From Eledone cirrhosa (Eukaryota), in the NCBI GenBank assembly GCA_964016885.1, contig OZ024759.1, forward strand, positions 13,640,001-13,704,000: a stretch of 64,000 bases of DNA. The letters are read 5' to 3'. Shown here in pieces: positions 1-11,552 of this stretch. The notes beneath the pieces are model-generated. The model was not told where the DNA came from. It searched no databases and was given only the letters and a program-made list of their open reading frames with translations. Positions within the stretch are counted from its first letter, which is position 1, and each line of letters opens with the position of its first letter. The translations under genes were made by a program, and so were the position numbers.

Positions 1-428
1 GATCATGGCACCTGCACTAACATTTTACAGAGTGTACTGGGTGTATTTTATCATAACACCTGCACTACCACTTTACAGAGTGTACTGGGTGTATTTTATC
101 ATAACACCACCACTAACACTTTACAGAATGTACTGGGTGTATTTTATCATTGTACCATCACTATCACTTTACAGAGTGTGCTGGGTGTATTTTATCATGG
201 CACCTGCACTACCACTTTACAGAGTGTACTGGGTGTATTTTATCATAACACCACCACTAACACTTTACAGAATGTACTGGGTGTATTTTATCATTGTACC
301 ATCACTATCACTTTACAGAGTGTGCTGGGTGTATTTTATCATGGCACCAGCACTACCACTTTACAGAGTGTACTGGGTGTATTTTATCATAACACCAGCA
401 CTACACTTTACAGAGTGTACTGGGTGCA
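1..428. repeat. 48-bp tandem minisatellite (~9 units) related to the RTE 3'-UTR repeat
   Basis: Unit is approximately ttacagagtgtactgggtgtattttatcataacacctgcactaccact, giving a 16-aa period in ORF 5..460. It resembles the acacgaccactttacagtg..ctgggtgcttttt units at 31260-31530. Confidence 0.85.
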
Positions 429-456
429 ATAGAAATAAAGGTGAAAGTATAATAAC

Positions 457-579
457 CTGAGTAACTTGAGTTTCTTGTGTATAGACCAGGGCTGGAATCG
501 TATTGTATCAATGAGTTCTTTCTGGAGCTTGATGCCGCTGAGTATCTTTTCATCTGCTGTTTGCGATGTCAAATCACGA
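457..579 (-). CDS. Tmc: Internal exon of a transmembrane channel-like (TMC1-3 type) gene
   Basis: Acceptor atttttgccag| and donor |gttatt bound a 123-nt, phase 2-2 exon. Peptide [41 protein letters not shown] matches my recollection of the conserved TMC N-terminal K-E-x-I..QPW..KL..LR motif. Confidence 0.8.
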
Positions 580-616
580 CTGGCAAAAATGTGAACACAT
601 GCATACAAATATTCAG

Positions 617-657
617 CTATATATATATGTATATATATATATAAATATATATATATA

Positions 658-689
<32 letters not shown>

Positions 690-703
690 AATATATATAT
701 ATA

Positions 704-737
<34 letters not shown>

Positions 738-797
738 AATATATACATATATAAATATATATATATAAATATATACATATATAAATATATATATATA

Positions 798-829
<32 letters not shown>

Positions 830-907
830 AATATATATATATAAATATATATATATAAATATATATATATATAAATATATATATATAAATATATATATAC
901 ATATATA

Positions 908-957
<50 letters not shown>

Positions 958-965
958 AATATATG
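617..965. repeat. (TA)n/(TAAA) microsatellite, representative of dozens in the window (e.g. 21310-21945, 27070-27400, 47960-48220, 63610-63830)
   Basis: Direct inspection. Confidence 0.95.
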
Positions 966-1125
966 CAAAAGTTCTATTTAAAATTGTTGGGATACAACAA
1001 GTAAAACTGTTATATATTGTATTTTGTCTGATGAAGGCATACCATAATTTAATTTGGTATCCCTGAAATATGTATAATGAAATAAATATGGTTTTATAAA
1101 TATAGTTTCCATTTATTAATATCGT
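965..1125 (+). mobile_element. Hammerhead-bearing short repeat, family A (Penelope pLTR-like)
   Basis: ttttgtCTGATGAaggcatacca..tggtatccctGAAAtatgtataatgaaa at 1022-1082. Homologous to 1617-2010, 50248-52435, 55283-55500 and 56155-56350. Confidence 0.7.
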
Positions 1126-1206
1126 ATATATATAAATATATATATATAAATATATATTTATAAATATATATTTATAAATATATATATATATATATAAATA
1201 TATATG

Positions 1207-1482
1207 CATACAATGCAACGGGAGGAAACATAATAGCAACACTGACGATGTTGCAGATGTGCAACGAAAGAACTTTGATAGACTATATATATATGTGTTT
1301 GTGTCTATATTGTAATTGTATTTTTGACCGTTGGTCAGTCAATGGCAGCATTGAGGTCCGAATAAATTAAATTAACCGATATAAAAGACACAGAAGCGAA
1401 AACCAACCAAACAGTGAGTGTGTTCTGTTATTAATTCTGGCAATATTATTACACAAATATGACCCTCCCCAAGTATAACAAT
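1207..1482 (+). repeat. Dispersed repeat, inverted copy of 3876-4148, with a hammerhead-like core
   Basis: Reverse-complement match over ~275 bp. Ends in atgaccctccccaagtata, a terminus shared with 14490, 49375, 50215 and 52550. Confidence 0.75.
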
Positions 1483-1616
1483 AAATATATATATATATAA
1501 ATATATATATATAAAAATATGTATATAAATATATATATATAAATATATATATAAATATATATATATAAATATATATATAAATATATATATATATAAATAT
1601 ATATATAAATATATAT

Positions 1617-2010
1617 GTAAAAGTTCTATTTAAATTGTTGGGATACAACAAGCAAATATTTTTATAACTGATATAAAGCACTCAACAAATATTTGGAGTA
1701 AAAATACGATATTAACAATTGGAAACTATATTTATAAAACCATATTTATTTCATTATACATATTTCAAGGACACCAAGTTAAATTATGGTGTGCTCTCAT
1801 CAGATAAAATATAATATAAAACAGTTTTATAAATAAATATTGACATACTCTTAAAAAATGCAACCATTGCTGTTGGAAGGTCCCGGAGAGTGGAGTTGTA
1901 GCTTTAATTCTTTATAAAACTGATCTATATCATATTTTATCTGATGAAAGCACACCATAATTTAACTTGATGTCCTTGCAATAAATATAGTTTCCATTTG
2001 TTAATATTGT
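1617..2010. mobile_element. Family A element with inverted arms (hammerhead on - at 1748-1810, partial on + from 1940)
   Basis: 1710-1810 is the reverse complement of 1932-2010 apart from an internal deletion. Flanked by (TA)n. Confidence 0.7.
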
Positions 2011-2251
2011 ATATAAATATATATATATATAGATATATATAAATATATATATATATAAATATATATAAATATATATATATATATATAAATATATATAAAT
2101 AAATATATATATATATATAAATATATATAAATATATAAGTTGTAATAAAATGAAAACGAAATTTCATTTCTCACTCTTAGTACGGCACTTACTTAAATGT
2201 AAGTATGTATGTATACGTACATACATATATGTATACAGACGTACAGTAGCA

Positions 2252-2289
<38 letters not shown>

Positions 2290-2488
2290 CAGATACACAT
2301 ACATATATGTATCCTGTGTCAGTGTTGAACAAAAAGGTGACGTGGTTGCCTTAACACCGTACGGCATAAATTCAGGCTGTTCAGTTTGTTTACAAACGAA
2401 CAAAGCGGGCGTTATAATAAGCGTCCGCTAAACTGATACGTACATATATGTATGTGTACCTGTATGTATGTATATATATATATATATA

Positions 2489-3700
2489 TAAAGAATGAAT
2501 AATAACAGGTAGACATCATAAAAAGGTAATTTATTCCGTGTGCTTACAAGTGTTTCCACGGTGGTACTGCAGCCTAGTTATGCTACGTGCAAATTCACAA
2601 GTACTTGCAGAACTCAAATATCCAATGCTGTGACCACTGTTTCCTCAGAGCAGAATGGTAAAATGTACAATGTAAATACCCTTAAGTGGGGTTGTTGGGG
2701 AAGATAGAGTAGAAAAGGAAGAGAGAAAAGTAGGGAAGAGGGAGAGAGAAAGAAAGATATGCAGGGGTTGGAGAAGTAGGAGAGAGTGGCTTGTAGATAT
2801 CTTAATCAAAATGTTATGGTAGGGGTTTTATTATACTGGTTACTTTTGGAGAGATGCGTTGATAGTTAAGGTCGGAATTATTTATTGCCCCAGAGGGCAG
2901 GTTCATAGATGTTGAGAGGGAGGTAGGCCAAAGGTGAGAGAGAGAGAGTGTAATGGATGTAGAGAGAGATAGGTAGAGAGGGGACAGACAAAGTTTGTGT
3001 GGTGAGTGAACTTTGGGTTTGTAGTAGTAATCTAGGAATTGCACTGAGTTACCATATATAGTGATAAGCAGTGTATTGTCTTGTAGTGTGGGGGGAAGAG
3101 AAGGTTGTTAGCTAGAAAGCGGTGTTATAGTTACGGGTTCGAATGTTAAGTTATTTTATAGTGAGAGAATTTAGCTTTTAGTTTGTGGTTGCAGTATAAT
3201 GATCGTTCAATTCTATCGTTAAGTAGTTTGTTTTTGGATTTTAATATGTAAAAGAGCTCAAGGTTACATAACCTGCAGTACTTCAATCCACTCCGATATG
3301 CACTTGCGCTGGAAAGTCTATACCATTTTAAGGTGAACTGTTGGTTGTGTTCACGGAGTTGCCAGGTCTTGTTGGCGAGCGTGGTCACAAAACGGTGATT
3401 CGGATGTTTGATTGAGAATCGATGACGGTACCAGCGAGATTTAAACGATGTGGTGGTAGATCCGATATAATACCATTTCTGGTCGTTCGATTCAACCGTG
3501 CATTGGTAAACAATGTTGGACTTTAGGCATTCATTCTTCAATGGACATCTTTCAGGTAGATGGCATATTTGAGTTCTGCAAGTACTTGTGAATTTGCACG
3601 TAGCATAACTAGGCTGCAGTACCACCGTGGAAACACTTGTAAGCACACGGAATAAATTACCTTTTTATGATGTCTACCTGTTATTATTCATTCTTTATAT
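2489..3700 (-). mobile_element. 5'-truncated Penelope-like retroelement with GIY-YIG endonuclease and inverted pseudo-LTR
   Basis: ORF 3146-3646 reads CPLKNECLKSNIVYQC..YYIGST...RWYRH...CRLCNLE..ILK..LLN. 2489-2621 is the reverse complement of 3565-3700. Hammerhead on - at 2540-2655. Confidence 0.85.
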
Positions 3701-3837
3701 ACACTCCGGAATACTGAAGGATCAGGAACTAAGTTTCTTCAACAATTTTTCTATAACTCGTAGAGTAACCTCTTACCGTACGTCAACCATATCCAGTGTA
3801 GTAATTAACCATTACTACATCTTGGATAATCCTATAC

Positions 3838-3882
<45 letters not shown>

Positions 3883-4615
3883 ATACTTGGGGAGGGTCAT
3901 ATTTGTGTAATAATATTGCCAGAATTAATAACAGAACACACTCACTGTTTGGTTGGTTTTCGCTTCTGTATCTTTTATATCCGTTAATTTAATTTATTCG
4001 GTCTTCAATGTTACCATTGACTGACCAACGGTCAAAAATACAGATATAACATAGACACAAACACATATATATAGTCTAACAAAGTTCTTTCGTTGCACAT
4101 CTGCAACATCGTCAGTGGTGCTATTATGTTTCCTCCTGTTGTATTGTATGTCTATGCCATCTTTATTTAGTCTGTTTATTTATCTATTTATTTATTTATT
4201 TTTGTCTTCTTCTCTGCACATGCGTTTGCGTGTGTGTATAGTGTTTGATGTGTGTTTGTGTTTGGGTGACTGTGTATTGGTTATTGTATTCTATGTTTAC
4301 TAGTGTGTGTTTATATGTGTTTGTTGTTATTGTGCTTGTGTACGTATTTATTTATTTATTTATACTTCTCTTAGGTCAGTATTGTTTGTTTATATATATA
4401 TATATATAATTCAATATAATAAAGAGAGATATTCTGAGTTTGTAACTCAATATATACTTTTGATAATTTTGGCTCCTAGTGAACCTTGCTGCTATTTTTA
4501 GTAGTATATGTTTTACGAGACACACTAGGTACTGAATGCCATGTGCGTTATTCTAAACACGTGCCTCATTTAGTCTTCTAAGAAACATAGAAGTGAACGG
4601 TCTACTAATTCGTAC

Positions 4616-4690
4616 ATCCACTGAAGAGCAATGAAATTGGTAAATCCCTTCACTTGATGCAAAACAGTTTTACCAAAGACTGTCTGGATA
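4616..4690 (+). ncRNA. Degenerate type I hammerhead ribozyme (GAAA mutated to AAAA)
   Basis: tccaCTGAAGAgca..tgc aAAAcag..ctgTC tgga. All three stems can pair, but the catalytic G is missing. Confidence 0.5.
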
Positions 4691-5501
4691 TTTGATAGTT
4701 ATCATAATTTGGTTTGTACTATTTCTTAATTTATTCTTTTGATTGAGTCTGGCAAACCGTATTGTTCATAGTTAGTATCCTATTCACCCTAGCGATATAG
4801 GTCCCTTATGATTTGAACCCATATATGTATATATCTGAGTTTATCTCTCTTTATTATATAAAATTATATTATAAGGTGCGGAAAATGTTTTCCTTGAGCT
4901 ATTTTAATTGTAAGGGACTATTCTGAGTTTCTAACTCAATATATACTTTTTATATATATATATATATATACATTTAGTTTTGTTGGTTCCCCACTGGATA
5001 GAACTGGTCATTCCATATAGTCAACCTTGAAGGCGGCCACCCGGACTGGCAACTGCTAATTTTTGGCCGCCTTCTCGCCTTGGGCATCTCTCTGCTTTTC
5101 AGCCCCTTGGATTGTGTCTATTATATTCCTTTGTTAAATTTCGGAATACCTGATGATGTCACCGGATTCATTGAAATGTTCATAGCCTAATAAACCTTTA
5201 AGGAATTACACCAGTCCAACCTTCTGTTATTTTATAATTTTATATATGATTCCAATTCCTCAGAGAAATAACAACACAACCAGGAGCTGGACATATCGAT
5301 GTATTGACGGAGTAAAACACACTTCAACAACATGTGTACCTGTCTTTCTCACACCAATTCGGACTGCCTAAAGAGGTCACAGCCAATGATGGCTGTCACC
5401 AAAATATATATAGCAGTATATCTATAATTTATAATAAACGAAACCAAATTTTACATATTTGACTTAATTATTTTACATTACTCTGGAATAAACAAACCAA
5501 C

Positions 5502-5534
5502 CTGCGTTCTTCGTCGGGTGCTCCAATCTGCATA
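5502..5534 (-). CDS. Candidate 33-nt frame-preserving microexon of the TMC gene
   Basis: ccctag|T ATG CAG ATT GGA GCA CCC GAC GAA GAA CGC AG|gttggt. Phase 2-2 like both neighbouring exons, no stop codon, and a GC-rich unique island among repeats. Confidence 0.5.
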
Positions 5535-5589
5535 CTAGGGTGTCGGTAAACAACCAACATATACTCAATATATATATATATATATATAT

Positions 5590-7548
5590 AGTAGAAGTAT
5601 ACAATCTAATCTCGAAGGAGAGTAGAGGAAGATTTATAGATTGTAATTGGCAGCTACGGACAGAGGTGATTGCTCAATGTTTATATCATACAAAACAAGT
5701 GTTAAAAGTTTGGTTAGTCATGTAATGAGGAAATAAGCAGAGCATTAATCGCAATTGTTTCTGGTGATTTGTGAAATAAATTTGTCTATTTGTCCTGGGT
5801 GTGTACCTGCCCTAGATAGATATAGAGATTTGTACTATGGACAAATCCATAAACAAGACTAACTTATTTCAGTATATTGTCACAGAAAATTTAACTCACA
5901 TTAAGCAATAGCGAGCAGGTGTCACTGACCAATGACTGGAGATGACTACTTAGTTTAAAGATCAATTGAATCAGAATAAAAACTTTGTGAACCGTGACAT
6001 CTTGTTTAGCACCGAAGCAAATTATTTTGTTAATGGTAAAGTAAACAAACAAAACTGGGTTATTATTCTTGCGTAAACCTGCATTGGATGGAGGCCAGCA
6101 AGGATCACTCTAGTCCCAAATTAGTGGTGGGGTGCAGACAATGGAGGAACCATAGTCTGCACCCTACCACTCATTTGGGCGCCTTCATTTATGGTTATCA
6201 GTGACCAATGAAGCATACCTAATAATGCTGCAAACCAGTTTGCTGCCACAGTTGGAGGCCATTACTGAAGGCAAGCCAGTATGGGTCATACAGGAGACCA
6301 TCGTGCATAATTGGTTAATTGTAAACTTCAAAAATTGGATTGGGCAAAGAGGCAGAGTGGAGTGAGCCCCCAGATCACCTGACCTGTCTCTAATGGATTT
6401 TTATTTTGGGGGCCACGTAAAACAAATCTTTTATTCAACTAAGATAACAGATGTTGATCATCTTTGCTAGTGGGTTATTGATGTTTGACACCATATTGAT
6501 GGAGATATTGATTTATTAGTTTGGGTTTATAACATGACTGAAAGAATACAAGCGGTCGAAATGGAGTTCCTGCAAAGGGTCTTTGGAGTAATATTACTGG
6601 ATAAAGCGCGTAGCTTGGAGATCAGAGATTCACTCCAGCTACTACTTCTCCAAATTGAGAGATAACAGCTCCGATACTATGGACATGTGGTCAGAATGTC
6701 TCAGGAAAGAATGTGTAGCTCGGAGATGAGAGAGTCACTCTAGGTAGAGCTGCTACTTCTCCAAATTGAGAGATAACAGTTCTGATACTATGGACATGTG
6801 GTCAGAATGTCTCAGGAAAGAATGTGTAGCTCGGAGATGAGAGAGTCACTCTAGGTAGAGCTGCTACTTCTCCAAATTGAGAGATAACAGTTCTGATACT
6901 ATGGACATGTGGTCAGAATGTCTCAGGAAAGAATGTGTAGCTCGGAGATGAGAGAGTCACTCTAGGTAGAGCTGCTACTTCTCCAAATTGAGAGATAACA
7001 GTTCTGATACTATGGACATGTGGTCAGAATGTCTCAGGAAAGAATGTGTAGCTCGGAGATGAGAGAGTCACTCTAGGTAGAGCTGCTACTTTTCCAAATT
7101 GAGAGATAACAGTTCTGATACTATGGACATGTGGTCAGAATGTCTCAGGAAAAGATTGCTGGACAGATTTTATGAGTGAAACCAACAGATAGGAGACCCA
7201 GGAGTAGACCCGAGCAAGATGGTTGGATAACATCCATGAGCTTGACTGGTCATATTTGGGGATCCAGCCGGATCATTTAGAGATGGTTGCTTCTGACAGG
7301 ACTCACTGGGGGGAGTGTGTGAGGACTCTACCTCCATGACCCTCTCAGGAATAACTGGGCGAAGAAGAAAAGAAGCGTCTATAACAATTTCAGACATCCC
7401 CTAGAATGATGTGAAATTGCCAATGGTGAGCTTTTATAAACAATGATACCTTTGTTATTTCAATATAATTTTTGTTGTTAATACAGTATAATGTACATGT
7501 GAACTAAATTATTTTTAATGATTTGGTGTGTGACTTACAGTCTATCCT
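5590..7548 (+). mobile_element. Degenerate Tc1/mariner-superfamily transposon interrupted by an RTE fragment
   Basis: Broken frames contain F.VNGKVNKQNW and WIGQRGRVE*APRSPDLSLMDFYFGGHVK (the WPPRSPDL motif). The sequence resumes after 7380 and ends ..cctgTA. The left end is uncertain. Confidence 0.7.
6530..7380 (+). mobile_element. RTE-type LINE 3' fragment containing a 111-bp tandem array (x5)
   Basis: Peptide IQAVEMEFLQRVFGVILLDK...LRYYGHVVRM. The motif ggacatgtgg recurs at 6681, 6792, 6903, 7014 and 7125. Confidence 0.8.
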
Positions 7549-8093
7549 GTATATATATATATATATATGCCCCGTTCTTTGCGAGAACGAAAACCTGTTG
7601 ATGAACTGAATCCTCTGTTCGATCATGAATACCACAAGCTTGCCAGTTACGTAAGTCTGATATTTGATTTCGGATTCATAGAAACACATTAAACGTATAA
7701 CGTTTGATTGGTCCAGGTGTATTTTTTCTCAACCTGTTAGTTCTTTCGTTACTTTGGTATTGTGAGTTAGATTTTGCCTACCACAATGTTCAATTTGTCA
7801 AGCTATTTAAACGTATGTTGTTACTCTAAGGACCTACCTTGTCGAGTGCTTTGCTAACTCATTCATATCGTAGGTCGAACTTGCTTGCACACCGCCAGAG
7901 ATTCGATTTTACTAAGTATCCAATTATATATATATATATATATATATATAATAAATAAATCAACTAATACCTTAACACTTCACACAAAGTAAAACATTTC
8001 GTTTTAATCATTTTCTAACCCAGAAAAAAAGAGAGAGAAACAAAAAAGGAAAAAAAAAATTTTTCTTCCTCATAATCGTCTCTTTCTCCCTGT

Positions 8094-8124
<31 letters not shown>

Positions 8125-8245
8125 ACGAAGGAAATGTGGTAAGGAACCAGGTGGACCATAACGCACCAAAGTACTCAATACTTAGGGTAGTAGAGTGGGT
8201 AATAGGAACCAGTAAGACCCCAGTCTTACTGGGGTCTTACTGGTT

Positions 8246-8274
<29 letters not shown>

Positions 8275-8284
<10 letters not shown>

Positions 8285-8470
8285 AAGGCTTCTACAGGAC
8301 TAGAACTGTTTCATTCGGTAGAAATCATCAGGAAGGCTTCCTGATGATTTCTATCGAATAAAACAGTTCTAGTCCTGTAGAAGCCTTTCTATATTAAATA
8401 TTTATACTCTGCTATGTATTGAGTACCTTACTTACTGTGGTTACCCCAATTGAACCTGGGATAAACTTAT
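8275..8470. mobile_element. Fold-back element with a hammerhead on each arm
   Basis: 8275-8397 is a near-perfect palindrome. The - arm reads gccttcCTGATGAtttctaccgaatGAAAcag..ctgTAgaagcc. The tail 8395-8470 is shared with 14400-14485 and 54990-55085. Confidence 0.75.
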
Positions 8471-8489
8471 ATATATATATACCCACACA

Positions 8490-9478
8490 TGGAACTTGCC
8501 CCCACAAACACATGCACGAATACAAATACAAGCATACACACACAGACAGACACACACATAGACACAGGCACATACTCAGACACACAGATGCATACGCAGA
8601 GAGACACAGACACATACGCAGAGAGACACAGACACATACACATGGACACATACACAGAGACAGACACACAGACAGATACACACAGAGACACAGACACATA
8701 CACACATACACATGGACACATACACATACACACAAATACAGACACACACAGACATACACATATACATACACACACACACAGACACACACACACACAGACA
8801 CAGACACACACACACACAGACACAAACACAGACACAAACACAGACACAGACGCACAGACATACACACACTGACACACACAGACATCCACACAGACACATA
8901 CACACAGACACATACACACAGACACATACACACAGACACACAGACACATACACACAGACACAGACACATACACACAGACACAGACGCAGACACAGACGCA
9001 GACACACACACAGACGCACAAACACATACACACACTGACATACAGACACAAACACACATACAGACACACACACAAACAGACGCAAACACACACAGACGTA
9101 TACACACAGACATATACACACAGACACAAACACACAGACAAACACACAGACATACACAAACACAGACACAGACGCACAGACATACACACAGACACACAGA
9201 CATACACATACATACAGACACATACACACACAGACACATACATACAGACACATACAGACACATACACACACCATACACAGACACATACACATACAAACAC
9301 ACACAGACAAACACAAACACACAGAAACAAACACGCAGACACACATACAAGCACAAACACAGACACAAACACACACACACATACATACAGACACATACAC
9401 ACAAACACATACACACACACACACATACACACAGACACATACACACACGCAGACGTATACACACACGGACACATACAA
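8490..9478. repeat. ~1 kb (CA)/(GACA)/(CATA) compound microsatellite
   Basis: Direct inspection. Confidence 0.95.
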
Positions 9479-9512
9479 GGACAAGTTAATGGTTACTCTA
9501 GTCTTCACTGAC

Positions 9513-9786
9513 CTTTCAGATTTGTAACTTTGACCTCTCTTTCGATGTGACTGTCGTTTGTTGGTCAAATATATCTCCAAATCTTCATCTTGGGTCTCAT
9601 CAGCACTGCTGCAGTTAATCTGATGATGTGGGCTACCATTCTCGTTTAGGCCAGCAGTTCTCCTCCCTCCATTAATTAATACCTCAACCTTGTTTCCATT
9701 ACTATTAAAATCATCAACATTACGATAACCACCACCATTATTAGAATTGTGGTTAATAAAGAAATTATTATTAGAATTATTACTAC

Positions 9787-9828
<42 letters not shown>

Positions 9829-10084
9829 GTTGAAGGTGTTGTGCTGTGGCCATGGCGATGGGTATATTATCTTGAGCATCTTCCGTCCACGAGGAACACG
9901 GGCGTCCTGAATCTGATGAGCGGTACCCAGTTTCACACGCGATGTCTAAGTCACCATGCAGTATCCAGTTGGCCATCGGATATCCATTGTCCTGTGGCAT
10001 ATCATAGAAGGGTAAGACGTTCCTTCTGTGGCCTTCATTCAGGTGACAATGTTCCTGGAACTCTAAATGATGGTTGGTTGCCAT
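9513..10084 (-). CDS. First coding exon of the TMC gene (190 codons plus 2 nt; low-complexity N-terminus with poly-Asn)
   Basis: Acceptor tttccttccag| at 10096, then 11 nt of UTR with an in-frame TAA, then aaacATGG. Open frame MATNHHLEFQ...GQSYKSE. Donor AG|gtcagt at 9512, phase 2, compatible with the exon at 579. Confidence 0.7.
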
Positions 10085-10227
10085 GTTTTAGAAGGCTGGA
10101 AGGAAATTTAACAACAAGTCAGTGGTATACAGACAGATAGATAAACAGACAGGGAGGCAGACATACAGATAGATAGATAGACAGTTAGACAGACAGACAG
10201 ATAGATAGAAAGATAAATAGATAGATA

Positions 10228-10755
10228 TGTTTCTTTATTAGCCACAGGGGCACAAAAGAAGGGGACAAATACAAAGGGGGAAGTTTACATACAATAAAAA
10301 CGTGTAAAATGTTATCACAAATGCAATTTAAAAAGTTAGTCGATTTTCCCCAATAGGGGGAGACAGTTCATATGGGTAACACATACCCCCGAAAAAATGT
10401 GCAACCCTCAGCTCCAGGAGTACGAAGAGTCTGTACTCCTTTCCTCTCCTCCTCCTTTTCCTCAACCTACAGGCTGATATAGAGAGAAGGCCCATTCACT
10501 GGGGCCATTCTCGCCACTTTCACCCACCTTTCATAAAACTTGCTGGGGTACAGCACCTCTCTCTCCATCCTGATTCTTCTTCCAAAGTGGTATTTGACAA
10601 AAAGAATCAGTTGTTGGCCGGAGAGAAAGGTGTCTGACCTCAGCCCTTTCAACCTTGTCCACTATACAACCTCTTTCGCCATAGCTATCACACAAAGGAA
10701 AACCGCCTCTCCTTCGTTTTTGAAGGAGGGTGGCGGTTTGATCATGACAATGGAT
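10228..10755 (-). mobile_element. Tx1/L1-clade LINE 3' fragment flanked by (GATA)n
   Basis: Peptide EGEAVFLCVIAMAKEVV*WTRLKG...YHFGRRIRMEREVL...FYERWV is typical of a Tx1 ORF2 C-terminus, followed by a 3' UTR. Confidence 0.6.
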
Positions 10756-10779
10756 AGATAGATGAACAGACAGATAGAT

Positions 10780-11552
10780 ATCTTTATTTGTCACAGGGGC
10801 GTACAAAAATGGGACATTACAAGACGTGACTGCGGGGGTTTTACATAAAAATCATATAACTTTAACATTAATAAATAACAACAAACTATATGTAATAAAA
10901 TAACAATTGAAATCCCCAATAGGGGGAATGTTACTGCAAGGTTGTTTTACACCCCGTGGATAGAACAATCCTCAACACCAGGAACACGTTTTGTAGGTGT
11001 TCCCGTCTTCCCTCTGTTTATCATCCTCAACCTACAGGTTGAGGAAGAGAAGGCCCATTCACTTGGGCCATTTTGCCACATTCACCCACCTTTCAGCAAA
11101 TTTACTGGGGTGTAGCACCTCTCTCTCCACTCTCACCTTCCTTCTGAAGTGGTATTTAAAGAGAGGATGATATGTTGTCTAGTGAGGAAGGTATTTGCCC
11201 TCAGTCCTTTTAATCTCGTCTACCATATTACCTCTTTTGCCATAGCCACCAGACAGAGGAAAACTGCCTCTCCTTCATTCTTAAATGAAGGCGGTGGGGT
11301 GATCCTCACAATGGACTCAGCTGACAACTGGATGCGTCCCACATGTTTGACATAATTCCACAGGTTGGTCACCCCCAGACACTGAACAATTGTGTGCAGA
11401 ACGGTTTCAATGTCCTGCTCGCATCTTGGACAGGTCCTTTTGGCAGGATCCCTGCCAGGGCATCCATGCCTGTAGATTTTGTCTTGAACTGGTAGAGCTT
11501 CTTAGTAGCACTGCCAGGCCAGAGACTTTCGGAAGTTATCCATAGGCCCTGG
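10780..11552 (-). mobile_element. Second, diverged Tx1-like LINE 3' fragment in tandem
   Basis: Homologous to 10228-10755 (EGEAVFLCLVAMAKEVIW, YHFRRKVRVEREVL), with GATA repeats on both sides. Confidence 0.6.

Noticed and set aside
7569-7656. Plus-strand exon-like stretch ending in a strong gtaagt donor
   Set aside because: There is no convincing acceptor because it starts directly after (TA)n. I recognise no homology, and it is antisense to the TMC gene.
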